Below are positions 9,806 through 21,265 of a stretch of DNA of 32,000 nt, in pieces. The stretch comes from Bacillus subtilis subsp. subtilis str. 168 (GTDB lineage: Bacteria > Bacillota > Bacilli > Bacillales > Bacillaceae). The position numbers were made by a program, and so were the translations under genes. The notes beneath the pieces were generated by a model that saw only the letters and a list, made by a program, of their open reading frames with translations, did no database searches and was not told the origin of the DNA. Within the stretch, counting starts at the first letter, position 1. Each line of letters starts with the position of its first letter. The stretch spans positions 3,450,001-3,482,000 of the forward strand of contig NC_000964.3 of NCBI RefSeq assembly GCF_000009045.1. The letters run 5' to 3'.

Positions 9806-10486
9806 CTATGCAGCTGATTGAACATGTTTCGCCCCGGTTCTTTTTTTCTTCACCGGACTTAATGCCCGCTCCAGCCAAGCCATGAGCAAATCCGCCCCTA
9901 CCGCCATCACCGCAGTTGGTATCGCTCCGGCTAGAATAATCGCAGTTCCGTTTGTTGCGTTTGAGCCGCGTACGATCATGTCCCCAAGGCCTCCGGCACC
10001 GACAAATGTGCCGATCGCTGTAATTCCGATGGCAATGACGAGAGCCGTGCGAAGGCCCGCCATAATGACAGAAAGTGCGAGCGGGAGCTCAACCATTCTG
10101 AGCACTTGGAATTTCGTCATGCCCATTGCTTTTCCAGATTCTAAGTAGGCATGTTCAATACTGATAATGCCTGTGTACGTGTTTCGAATAATCGGCAGCA
10201 GGGAATACAGAAATAATGATAGAATCACGGTATTTGCGCCGAGCCCCATAACAAGCATTAAGACGGCCAGCATAGCGAGCGCCGGGATTGTTTGAATAAC
10301 GTTTGTTACGGCAAACACCCAGGCTGACAAACGGCGAAAATGCGCGATGAGGATTCCGGCCGGAACCCCGACGACAGCGGCAAATAAAACGCCGTAAGCC
10401 GACATGAGAAAGTGGCGGCCGAATTCATCCATGACGTAACTGCCATTCTGCGCGTAATACGTCATTAACTGTTCAAGCACGTTCAT
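9806..10486 (-). CDS. opuBD: Choline ABC importer permease OpuBD (226 aa)
   Basis: BPD-type permease. It shares a 114-residue identical block with the ORF at 17546-18235. Confidence 0.93.
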   Translation of the reverse strand: MNVLEQLMTYYAQNGSYVMDEFGRHFLMSAYGVLFAAVVGVPAGILIAHFRRLSAWVFAVTNVIQTIPALAMLAVLMLVMGLGANTVILSLFLYSLLPIIRNTYTGIISIEHAYLESGKAMGMTKFQVLRMVELPLALSVIMAGLRTALVIAIGITAIGTFVGAGGLGDMIVRGSNATNGTAIILAGAIPTAVMAVGADLLMAWLERALSPVKKKRTGAKHVQSAA

Positions 10487-10502
10487 TGACCTCTTCCCCC
10501 TT

Positions 10503-12088
<1,586 letters not shown>

Positions 12089-12104
12089 GACTTATCGCCC
12101 CTCC

Positions 12105-13250
12105 CTATGACAATGCTGCGAGCTGCTTTTCTTCTCCCCAGAGGGAGTCATACACGATGTCGACCAGACTTGCCCTCGTCACAATTCCGATCAGGCGTCG
12201 GTCTTCATCCACAACGGGAACATATTTGACACCCCGTTTTAAAATTTTGCGGACCGTGTCGCGCAGCAGTGTGCCGCCCAGTACTGTGTATATATCTTCA
12301 TGTAAAACTTCACTGACGAGATTGGCCTTTTTCCGGCATTGATCAATGATTTCAACATCGACATAGCCTTGCAGAACGCGCTCGTCATTGACGACCAGCA
12401 ATGAATCGACCCGTTCCTGCCTCATCAGCTGAATGGCCTCAGAAAGCGTTTTATCCGCGGTGATCGTTACAGGCTGTGTGTTCATAATCTGGTCAACCCG
12501 TTCAACATCCGGGCTGGATGACTGAATCAGCCGCTCCTTGCCGATAAATTCCTCAACAAATTCGTCTGCCGGATTTCTTAAAATGTCATCGGGCGTTCCA
12601 ACTTGAACGATTTCTCCCGCTTTTAAAATCACAATCCGGTCTGCCAGCTTAATCGCTTCATCCATATCGTGGGTAACAAATACGATGGTTTTATGTAAGG
12701 TTTTTTGCAGTTTTTTAAATTCTTCCTGGAGGGAATCCCTCGTAATCGGGTCGAGTGCCCCAAACGGTTCATCCATTAAGATAAGCGGCGGCTCCGCGGC
12801 AAGTGCCCGTAATACACCAATTCGCTGCTGCTGCCCCCCGCTTAATTCATGAGGGTAACGGTCTACATATTCTGGCCCCATATCGACCAATTTTAAAAGC
12901 TCACGCGCCCGCTCTTTCCGCTGCTGCTCCGGCCATTTCAGCAGTTTTGGGACGAGTGAGATATTCTGCTGAATGGTCATATGGGGAAACAGGCCGATCT
13001 GCTGAATCACATAGCCAATTTTGCGCCTGAGCTCTACAGGATCCTGGTCCATGATGTTTTCGCCGTCAATGAAAATCTTCCCGGCGGAAGGCTCAATTAA
13101 TCGGTTAATCATTTTCATTGTTGTCGTTTTTCCGCAGCCGCTCGGCCCGATAAAGCAGATAAATTCGCCTTTTGCAATCTTAAGATTTACGTTGTTCACG
13201 GCTTTTTTGCCGCCCTTGTATGTTTTCGAGACATTTTCTAATGTCAGCAA
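12105..13250 (-). CDS. opuBA: Choline ABC importer ATPase OpuBA with tandem CBS domains (381 aa)
   Basis: Walker [10 protein letters not shown], signature LSGGQQQR and Walker [12 protein letters not shown]. The C-terminal region has the CBS-pair pattern. The start is trimmed to the TTG that follows GGAGGTG. Confidence 0.93.
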   Translation of the reverse strand: MLTLENVSKTYKGGKKAVNNVNLKIAKGEFICFIGPSGCGKTTTMKMINRLIEPSAGKIFIDGENIMDQDPVELRRKIGYVIQQIGLFPHMTIQQNISLVPKLLKWPEQQRKERARELLKLVDMGPEYVDRYPHELSGGQQQRIGVLRALAAEPPLILMDEPFGALDPITRDSLQEEFKKLQKTLHKTIVFVTHDMDEAIKLADRIVILKAGEIVQVGTPDDILRNPADEFVEEFIGKERLIQSSSPDVERVDQIMNTQPVTITADKTLSEAIQLMRQERVDSLLVVNDERVLQGYVDVEIIDQCRKKANLVSEVLHEDIYTVLGGTLLRDTVRKILKRGVKYVPVVDEDRRLIGIVTRASLVDIVYDSLWGEEKQLAALS

Positions 13251-13341
13251 ACATCGCACCTCCAAAATTAAGTTTATTCAATTTGTTCAGTTTAAATTTA
13301 ATTTTTCAGACAATTGAATGCTTCCCATTATAGAATAAAGT

Positions 13342-13363
13342 TTATAAAATAAAAAGTTTACAA
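13342..13363. promoter_or_regulatory. Inverted-repeat operator (OpcR/GbsR-type) in the opuBA-yvaV divergent region
   Basis: TTATAAA-ATAAAAAG-TTTACAA. The same 22-mer, with one base changed, is at 21069-21090 in front of opuCA. Confidence 0.55.
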
Positions 13364-13524
13364 TTTGTTCATATTATTTATAAAGTATGTGTAAACGCTG
13401 ATTTACCCGCATTGACGTGTGTTGATCTCCTTATTGCTCCAATTTCCTGCCAAATTCTCTTTTGACAGCATTTTCGCCGTATCAAAAATGTGGTATATTG
13501 ACATCGGAATTGTTAGCTGAAAGG

Positions 13525-14067
13525 ATGAAACCGTTGGAGAAAGATCCGTTAACGATCATTGAACAAGCCGAGGACCATTTTATAGAAAGAATCGCGGAAA
13601 ACATGCATGCATTTGGAATGCCCTCTACCGTCGGACGAGTGCTGGGCATTATTTATATGAATCGAAAACCGATGACGCTTACGGAATTATCTGAGGCCAC
13701 CGGCATGAGTAAAACACGTATGAGCCAGGTAGTGCGGGAAATGCTTGATGCCAACATTGCCGAGAAGGTATTCGAAAAAGGCGTGCGAAAAGATTTATAT
13801 GAGGTTGAGCAGGACTACTATCAAACATTTATCACGCTGTTTTCAGCCACCTGGAGCAAAGTCGTCAGCAAAAACAAAATGATGCATAAAAAACTCAATC
13901 GGGAGCTGCTTAGCGTGTTGGATGAAGAGCTTACTCCTGAAGCGGAAGAAAAAGTGAATGAGCTGCTGAAGGAATTAAAGGAATGGCTCGATTATTATAA
14001 TTGGCTCAGCCGTTTGATTGAGTTTTTTGAGAGCGAAGACATTTTTAAATATGTGCCGAAGCCGTAA
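13525..14067 (+). CDS. yvaV: GbsR-type (MarR-like) regulator, paralog of OpcR (180 aa)
   Basis: MKPLEKDPLTIIEQAEDHFIERIAENMHAFGMPSTVGRVLGIIYMNRKPMTLTELSEATGMSKTRMSQVVREM is near-identical to the 21266-21823 product. The start is trimmed to the ATG after AAAGGA. Confidence 0.85.
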   Translation: MKPLEKDPLTIIEQAEDHFIERIAENMHAFGMPSTVGRVLGIIYMNRKPMTLTELSEATGMSKTRMSQVVREMLDANIAEKVFEKGVRKDLYEVEQDYYQTFITLFSATWSKVVSKNKMMHKKLNRELLSVLDEELTPEAEEKVNELLKELKEWLDYYNWLSRLIEFFESEDIFKYVPKP

Positions 14068-14100
14068 AAAGTTCCCAAATTCAATTCTGGGAACTTTTTT
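14067..14100 (+). terminator. Terminator after yvaV
   Basis: 11-bp stem AAAAGTTCCCA / TGGGAACTTTT followed by a T-run. Confidence 0.8.
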
Positions 14101-14191
14101 AAGTCCAATCCAAATGGTTGAATATCAAACTTCAAGAAAACAAACAAAATAATGCATAATTTACATTAATTTATTAATTATCCATTTTTTG

Positions 14192-14220
14192 TTGATTATT
14201 CTGACTAGCTATTATATAAT
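14192..14220 (+). promoter_or_regulatory. Candidate sigma-A promoter of sdpABC
   Basis: TTGATT (14192-14197), a 17-nt spacer and TATAAT (14215-14220). Confidence 0.45.
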
Positions 14221-14288
14221 CTTTTTGAAATGATTATATTAGCTTAGAGGAGGTAATCTACATCAAAAAAAAGGGAATTATTACTGTA

Positions 14289-14765
14289 ATGACTATATGT
14301 TTCCTATTATTTTCTTCTTATTACTTTAGCAATATTTCACCTCAGAATCCACTGTTCAAAAAAAATTTTTTGCAACAATTGTCTCCCCAAGGCTTTGGCT
14401 TTTATAGTAAAAGCCCTACAGAAGAAAACATTTCATTTCACACAAAAGAAAATTTAAAGTTACCTAATGCACTTCCCAATAATTTTTTTGGGATAAAAAG
14501 AGAAGGAAGAGTTCAGGCAATAGAATTAGGCAAAATTGTAGAGAATATCGATCCAAAGAATTGGAAAACTTGTGAAAACAACAACTCCTGCACAAATTTA
14601 GAGAAACAAATAAAGCCTATTAAGGTTATAAAAAATGAAGATTATATACATCTTAGCAAAGGAGAATACCTAATATATCGCCAAAAACCACTCTCATGGT
14701 ATTGGATAGACTTTAAGCAAACTACCTCTTTTGAAAGAAAGGTGCTAAAAATAAAAATAGTATGA
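14289..14765 (+). CDS. sdpA: SdpA, accessory protein for SDP toxin maturation (158 aa as annotated)
   Basis: First gene of a three-gene AT-rich operon, and the protein matches my memory of SdpA (YvaW). The ATG has no nearby SD (see the finding on the start site). Confidence 0.8.
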   Translation: MTICFLLFSSYYFSNISPQNPLFKKNFLQQLSPQGFGFYSKSPTEENISFHTKENLKLPNALPNNFFGIKREGRVQAIELGKIVENIDPKNWKTCENNNSCTNLEKQIKPIKVIKNEDYIHLSKGEYLIYRQKPLSWYWIDFKQTTSFERKVLKIKIV

Positions 14766-15733
14766 AGATATTAAATAGTTTAGAAGGTTATATTGACACC
14801 TATAATCCATGGAAAAATACATATGCACTTTTTAGAAGTTTACTTGGTTTCTCAACATTACTAGTACTATTATTCAATAGTACTGATATTTTATTTAGTT
14901 ATAGTGCAAATAATGTCACATGTGAAAATGTCTATATCCCTACCGCTTTTTGTTTTGCTAAAGAATATAGTATCAATTTTGAGATTATAAGATACTTAAT
15001 GATTTTTATATTAACCTTAGTGGTTATAGGGTGGAGACCTAGATTTACCGGTTTATTTCACTGGTATATTTGCTATAGTATTCAAACTTCAGCTTTAACT
15101 ATCGATGGTGGAGAGCAAATTGCAACTGTTCTTTCTTTTCTTATATTACCTGTTACATTATTAGATTCAAGGCGAAATCATTGGAATATAAAGAAAAACA
15201 ATAATGAATCTTTCACAAAGAAGACAGTATTGTTTTATATAATGACAATAATTAAAATTCAAGTTTTTATCATTTATTTAAACGCAGCTTTAGAGCGATT
15301 GAAAAATAAAGAGTGGGCAGAAGGAACAGCAATTTACTATTTCTTTTCTGATCCGGTGTTTGGATTACCTGAATATCAACTTAACTTAATGAATCCACTA
15401 CTTGAAAGCAATTTTATTGTTGTCATCACTTGGTTAGTAACTATTTTTGAGTTGTTCTTAGCAGCAAGCATAATTTCAAATATCAGAATAAAGAGAATTG
15501 CCCTTGTTTTGGGAATATTATTTCATATTGGGATAATATTCAGCATTGGTATTGTAAGTTTTGGCTTGATCATGATATCAGCATTAATTATATATCTGCA
15601 TCCTGTACAACAAAATATCACTATGAATTGGTGTTCTCCTTTATTTAAATATATATATGTAAAAGGAAAGAGAAATTTCAAAAGAATAGGAGGTGAATCA
15701 GTCAAGTTTCTTACAAAATTGTTTCATAGCTAA
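14762..15733 (+). CDS. sdpB: SdpB, polytopic membrane protein for SDP maturation (323 aa)
   Basis: Its ATG overlaps the sdpA stop (ATGA). It has many hydrophobic helices. I recall it as HTTM / vitamin-K-carboxylase-like. Confidence 0.88.
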   Translation: MKILNSLEGYIDTYNPWKNTYALFRSLLGFSTLLVLLFNSTDILFSYSANNVTCENVYIPTAFCFAKEYSINFEIIRYLMIFILTLVVIGWRPRFTGLFHWYICYSIQTSALTIDGGEQIATVLSFLILPVTLLDSRRNHWNIKKNNNESFTKKTVLFYIMTIIKIQVFIIYLNAALERLKNKEWAEGTAIYYFFSDPVFGLPEYQLNLMNPLLESNFIVVITWLVTIFELFLAASIISNIRIKRIALVLGILFHIGIIFSIGIVSFGLIMISALIIYLHPVQQNITMNWCSPLFKYIYVKGKRNFKRIGGESVKFLTKLFHS

Positions 15734-15775
15734 CATTTAGATAATGGAGAAATAACTTAATGGAGGTATAATAAT

Positions 15776-16387
15776 TTGAAAAGTAAATTACTTAGGCTAT
15801 TGATTGTTTCCATGGTAACGATATTGGTTTTTTCATTAGTAGGACTCTCTAAGGAGTCAAGTACATCTGCTAAAGAAAACCATACATTTTCTGGAGAAGA
15901 TTACTTTAGAGGACTTTTATTTGGACAAGGGGAAGTTGGTAAATTAATTTCAAACGATTTGGACCCTAAACTCGTAAAAGAGGCAAATAGTACAGAAGGT
16001 AAAAAGTTAGTAAATGATGTAGTCAAATTTATAAAAAAAGATCAACCACAATATATGGATGAATTGAAACAATCGATTGACAGCAAAGACCCTAAAAAAC
16101 TCATTGAAAATATGACCAAAGCAGACCAACTTATCCAAAAATATGCTAAGAAAAATGAAAACGTAAAATACTCTTCTAATAAAGTTACTCCATCTTGTGG
16201 GCTTTATGCCGTCTGTGTAGCAGCTGGATATTTATATGTTGTGGGCGTTAACGCAGTTGCATTACAAACGGCTGCCGCAGTAACAACTGCAGTGTGGAAA
16301 TACGTTGCCAAATATTCCTCTTCAGCTTCTAATAATTCTGATTTAGAAGCGGCTGCTGCAAAAACCCTAAAATTGATTCATCAATAA
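15776..16387 (+). CDS. sdpC: SdpC, precursor of the sporulation-delaying (cannibalism) toxin SDP (203 aa)
   Basis: TTG start 9 nt after GGAGGT. Signal peptide MKSKLLRLLIVSMVTILVFSLVGLS. The internal hydrophobic core is CGLYAVCVAAGYLYVVGVNAVALQTAAAVTTAVWKYVAKYSS. Confidence 0.93.
   Translation: MKSKLLRLLIVSMVTILVFSLVGLSKESSTSAKENHTFSGEDYFRGLLFGQGEVGKLISNDLDPKLVKEANSTEGKKLVNDVVKFIKKDQPQYMDELKQSIDSKDPKKLIENMTKADQLIQKYAKKNENVKYSSNKVTPSCGLYAVCVAAGYLYVVGVNAVALQTAAAVTTAVWKYVAKYSSSASNNSDLEAAAAKTLKLIHQ
16196..16321 (+). other. Region encoding the mature 42-residue SDP peptide (SdpC C141-S182)
   Basis: Residue counting in the ORF puts Cys141 and Cys147 at the start of the hydrophobic core. This matches the published mature toxin, which has a C141-C147 disulfide. 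Confidence 0.75.
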
Positions 16388-16400
16388 TCCATTATAATTG

Positions 16401-16434
16401 AGTGTCTTGCGGATTGCTCCGCAAGACACTTTTT
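16401..16434 (+). terminator. Terminator after sdpC
   Basis: Perfect 13-bp stem AGTGTCTTGCGGA / TCCGCAAGACACT with a TTGC loop, followed by T5. It abuts the sdpI stop codon on the other strand. Confidence 0.88.
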
Positions 16435-17057
16435 CAACGTGAACCGTTTAATTTTTTGTAATAATGATATGAAGCTAGTGTTGAAATAACTAATGCTAGA
16501 AGAACTAGCACAATCATAATAAGAATTATATATTCTCCTGTAAAAAATGAAAGAACAGCTATTATAAAACCACACACTACAAGTACTTTAGAGGCAAAGC
16601 GATTTCCCAGTTTCCAAACAGTCTCATCTTTTAATGTCCAAGGTGTCCTCAATCCAATAAGATGGTTTTGTTCTGCTAGCTGCATAGAATTTCCACCAAT
16701 AATTAAAAAGATACCAACACCAAGCCCTATTATTAAATCAATATTCACTTCGTATCCTAAACTTATCAATAGAGTTGAGAGTTGTAAAATATATAAAAGG
16801 ATTAACATATTATTAGAAGCTAGGAAAAGCAATGCTTTATTTTTTTGTGTAGACTTAATAGTTAACATATAAAAAGTAAGATAATAAATAAGCATAACAA
16901 CAGGTATAATAAATATTGTTAAAGGTTTAGATACAATTGCAGCCGGTTTATTTCCTGACCATTGTATCGGTATTTCTTCTGGAAGGTATTGATATAATAT
17001 AATTGAAGTCAAGAAACTCAAACATACAATAATTATGGAAATTATATTTTTCTTCAT
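16434..17057 (-). CDS. sdpI: SdpI, membrane immunity and signal-transduction protein (207 aa)
   Basis: Six or so hydrophobic helices. Its ATG overlaps the sdpR stop (ATGA). The protein matches my memory of SdpI (YvaZ). Confidence 0.9.
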   Translation of the reverse strand: MKKNIISIIIVCLSFLTSIILYQYLPEEIPIQWSGNKPAAIVSKPLTIFIIPVVMLIYYLTFYMLTIKSTQKNKALLFLASNNMLILLYILQLSTLLISLGYEVNIDLIIGLGVGIFLIIGGNSMQLAEQNHLIGLRTPWTLKDETVWKLGNRFASKVLVVCGFIIAVLSFFTGEYIILIMIVLVLLALVISTLASYHYYKKLNGSR

Positions 17058-17326
17058 AAATCGTTATCCCCTTTATTTATAAAGTTAAGCATCCAATTTA
17101 TTGAGTCTTGAAGTACTGTTGTATTTAGAGAGTAATAAATAAATTGTCCTTTGCGATGGTCACTTATGACTTCCGCTTGCTTTAAAATATTCAAGTGGTG
17201 CGAAATACTCGGTTTGCTGATATTAAAATGCTCAGCAATATCTCCCGCAGTCATATCCCCTCCTTTTAACAAATCCAAAATTTTTCTCCTTGTTGGATCT
17301 GATATAGCTTTGAAAACATTATTCAT
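17054..17326 (-). CDS. sdpR: SdpR, ArsR-family autorepressor (90 aa)
   Basis: MNNVFKAISDPTRRKILDLLKGGDMTAGDIAEHFNISKPSISHHLNILKQAEV shows the ArsR/SmtB HTH. The start is trimmed to the ATG 8 nt after AAGGAG. Confidence 0.9.
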   Translation of the reverse strand: MNNVFKAISDPTRRKILDLLKGGDMTAGDIAEHFNISKPSISHHLNILKQAEVISDHRKGQFIYYSLNTTVLQDSINWMLNFINKGDNDL

Positions 17327-17350
17327 AGCGTTTTCTCCTTTACAAAAAAA

Positions 17351-17418
17351 CATTTAGACATTTAGATATTTGTATAAATGTATTATTTTCATTATAACTT
17401 GAATTTTTTTAAAAACAA
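17351..17418 (-). promoter_or_regulatory. Candidate sdpRI promoter plus repeated 8-mers (possible SdpR operator)
   Basis: On the minus strand: TTGTTT (17413-17418), a 16-nt spacer and TATAAT (17391-17396). Downstream are tandem CATTTAGA CATTTAGA TATTTGTA TAAATG (17351-17380, written on the plus strand). Confidence 0.35.
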
Positions 17419-17530
17419 CCCTCAAATTGGTTATAATATCTGATTTTTGTATTTTTTCAAATACTCGGATAATCCCAACGCTGGAAAATATGTTTAACAG
17501 ATACTAACACATGTTGTTTATTTAAAAAAA

Positions 17531-17565
17531 CCACCTCTGTTGTATTTAAATAGAGGTGGTTTTTC
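17531..17565. terminator. Terminator at the 3' end of opuCD
   Basis: Stem CCACCTCT / AGAGGTGG (17531-17559), flanked by A7 and T5. The opuCD stop codon (17546-17548) lies in the loop. Confidence 0.75.
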
Positions 17566-18235
17566 TATCAGCTATAATAAAATTTCCTTTTTTCTTTTTA
17601 ATCGGGCTTAATGCTCGTTCAAGCCAGCCCATGACCAAATCGGCAATCACCGCCATCAGAGCTGTGGGGATCGCTCCCGCTAATATAATCGCGGTTCCGT
17701 TTGTGGCGTTTGATCCTCTGACGATGATGTCCCCGAGACCGCCAGCACCGACAAATGTCCCGATGGCCGTAATGCCGATCGCAATGACAAGCGCGGTGCG
17801 CAGGCCGGCCATTATGACAGAAAGCGCAAGCGGAAGCTCGACCATCCGCAGCACTTGAAATTTTGTCATCCCCATTGCTTTTCCCGATTCAAGATAGGCG
17901 TGCTCAATACTGATAATCCCTGTATACGTATTTCTGATAATCGGCAGAAGAGAATACAGAAATAATGACAATATCACCGTATTAGCGCCCAGCCCCATGA
18001 CAAGCATCAGCACGGCGAGCATGGCGAGAGCCGGGATGGTCTGAATGACATTCGTGACCGCAAAAACCCATCCGCTTAATCTTCTGTATCTGGCTATCAG
18101 GATGCCGAGCGGAATTCCAACAATGGCGGCAAATAAAACGCCATACACCGACATCAGAAAATGGCGGTAAAATTCCTGCAGCACGTAACCGCCGTTTTGC
18201 GAATAGTATGTGCCAAGCTGCTGTAGTACTTCCAT
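17546..18235 (-). CDS. opuCD: Compatible-solute ABC importer permease OpuCD (229 aa)
   Basis: Paralog of OpuBD. The start is trimmed to the ATG after AGAGGTGG, because the track ORF begins at a GTG inside the SD. Confidence 0.93.
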   Translation of the reverse strand: MEVLQQLGTYYSQNGGYVLQEFYRHFLMSVYGVLFAAIVGIPLGILIARYRRLSGWVFAVTNVIQTIPALAMLAVLMLVMGLGANTVILSLFLYSLLPIIRNTYTGIISIEHAYLESGKAMGMTKFQVLRMVELPLALSVIMAGLRTALVIAIGITAIGTFVGAGGLGDIIVRGSNATNGTAIILAGAIPTALMAVIADLVMGWLERALSPIKKKKGNFIIADRKTTSI

Positions 18236-18252
18236 ATGATCCACCTCTTTTC

Positions 18253-19837
<1,585 letters not shown>

Positions 19838-19859
19838 CTTAAAAGAGCTCCTCCCCTGG

Positions 19860-21002
19860 TCAGATCGTCATGAGCTGGTTTTCCTCGTCGCCCCAAATGG
19901 AATCGTATACGATATCAACGAGGCTCGCTCTTGTCACAATCCCTGCTAAATGGTTCTGTTCATCGACCACCGGAACATACTTGATCCCCTGCTTCAAAAT
20001 TTTTCGGACTGTATCGCGAAGAAGCGCCCCTTTTTGAACGGTATATATATCTGAACGGTATACATCGCCAACGATGCTCGCTTTTTTGCGGTTTTGATCA
20101 ATCATTTCCACATCAACATAGCCCTTCAGCACGTTTTGCCGGTCCACAACGAGCAGCGAGTCAACACGTTTTTCTCTCATCAGCTGAATCGCCTGAGAAA
20201 GCGTTTTGTCCGCAGATACCGTCACCGGCGTTCTGTTCATCATTTGCTCTACCCGCTCGATATCCGGTCTTGACTGAATCAGGCGCTCTTTCCCGATAAA
20301 TTCTTCAACAAACTCATTTGCCGGGTTTCGAAGAATCTCATCAGGTGTGCCGACTTGAACGATTTCTCCCGCTTTTAATATCACAATCCTGTCAGCAAGC
20401 TTAATCGCTTCATCCATATCGTGGGTTACAAACACAATCGTTTTGTTTAAGGTTCTCTGCAGTTTTTTGAATTCTTCCTGAAGGGAATCACGCGTAATCG
20501 GATCAAGCGCTCCGAACGGTTCATCCATTAAAATGAGAGGGGGTTCCGCTGCCAGGGCGCGCAGCACGCCGATTCTCTGCTGCTGTCCGCCGCTGAGCTC
20601 ATGCGGATAACGGTCTAAATACTCTGGGCCCATATCCACAAGCTTTAACAGCTCGCGCGCCCGTTCTTTCCGTTTTTCCTCAGGCCATTTCAGCAGCTTT
20701 GGTACGAGTGAGATGTTCTGCTGGATGGTCATATGGGGGAACAAACCAATCTGCTGTATCACATAGCCGATTTTTCTCCTCAGCTCAACCGGGTCCTGTT
20801 CCATAATATTTTCTCCGTCGATAAAGATCCTTCCAGACGATGGTTCTATCAGTCTGTTGATCATCTTCATCGTCGTCGTTTTTCCGCAGCCGCTCGGGCC
20901 GATAAAACAGATAAATTCACCTTTTGCAATATCTAAATCAATGCTGTTCACAGCTTTTTTGCCGCCTTTATATACTTTTGACACTTGTTCCAATTTCAGC
21001 AA
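19860..21002 (-). CDS. opuCA: Compatible-solute ABC importer ATPase OpuCA with tandem CBS domains (380 aa)
   Basis: Walker A, signature and Walker B motifs identical to OpuBA. TTG start after GGAGGTG, the same start context as opuBA. Confidence 0.93.
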   Translation of the reverse strand: MLKLEQVSKVYKGGKKAVNSIDLDIAKGEFICFIGPSGCGKTTTMKMINRLIEPSSGRIFIDGENIMEQDPVELRRKIGYVIQQIGLFPHMTIQQNISLVPKLLKWPEEKRKERARELLKLVDMGPEYLDRYPHELSGGQQQRIGVLRALAAEPPLILMDEPFGALDPITRDSLQEEFKKLQRTLNKTIVFVTHDMDEAIKLADRIVILKAGEIVQVGTPDEILRNPANEFVEEFIGKERLIQSRPDIERVEQMMNRTPVTVSADKTLSQAIQLMREKRVDSLLVVDRQNVLKGYVDVEMIDQNRKKASIVGDVYRSDIYTVQKGALLRDTVRKILKQGIKYVPVVDEQNHLAGIVTRASLVDIVYDSIWGDEENQLMTI

Positions 21003-21068
21003 TCCGTGCACCTCCGCAGGTTTCCTTTAAATTTTCTGAAAAGTATAATCCTTATTATAGTTTGAACT

Positions 21069-21090
21069 TTGTAAAATAAAAAGTTTACAA
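21069..21090. promoter_or_regulatory. OpcR operator inverted repeat upstream of opuCA
   Basis: Perfect TTGTAAA-N8-TTTACAA. I recall this as the published OpcR target motif. Confidence 0.6.
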
Positions 21091-21265
21091 TGTGTTGAAA
21101 TTATATGTTATTTATAGATTATTTATTGTTATGACCGAGACGGAAAGGGTGTTCTTACAATTACTCCGGATACCTCCCACTTCCTCTGCATTCAGCTATT
21201 TTCAACACCAGGAAGAAATATGATATATTGACACCATCAATTGCCATTTGAAGGGATGATCAGCT

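Noticed and set aside
17432-17437. Plus-strand TATAAT (in TTGGTTATAAT) pointing into opuCD antisense
   Set aside because: It is an isolated hexamer in a very AT-rich region where such matches occur by chance. It has no convincing -35 element and no downstream ORF.
14068-17545. The sdp insert as a mobile element or prophage remnant
   Set aside because: It has no integrase, recombinase or transposase ORF, no terminal inverted or short direct repeats that I could see, and no adjacent tRNA. The tmRNA gene is about 13 kb away. Foreign origin is suggested by composition only.
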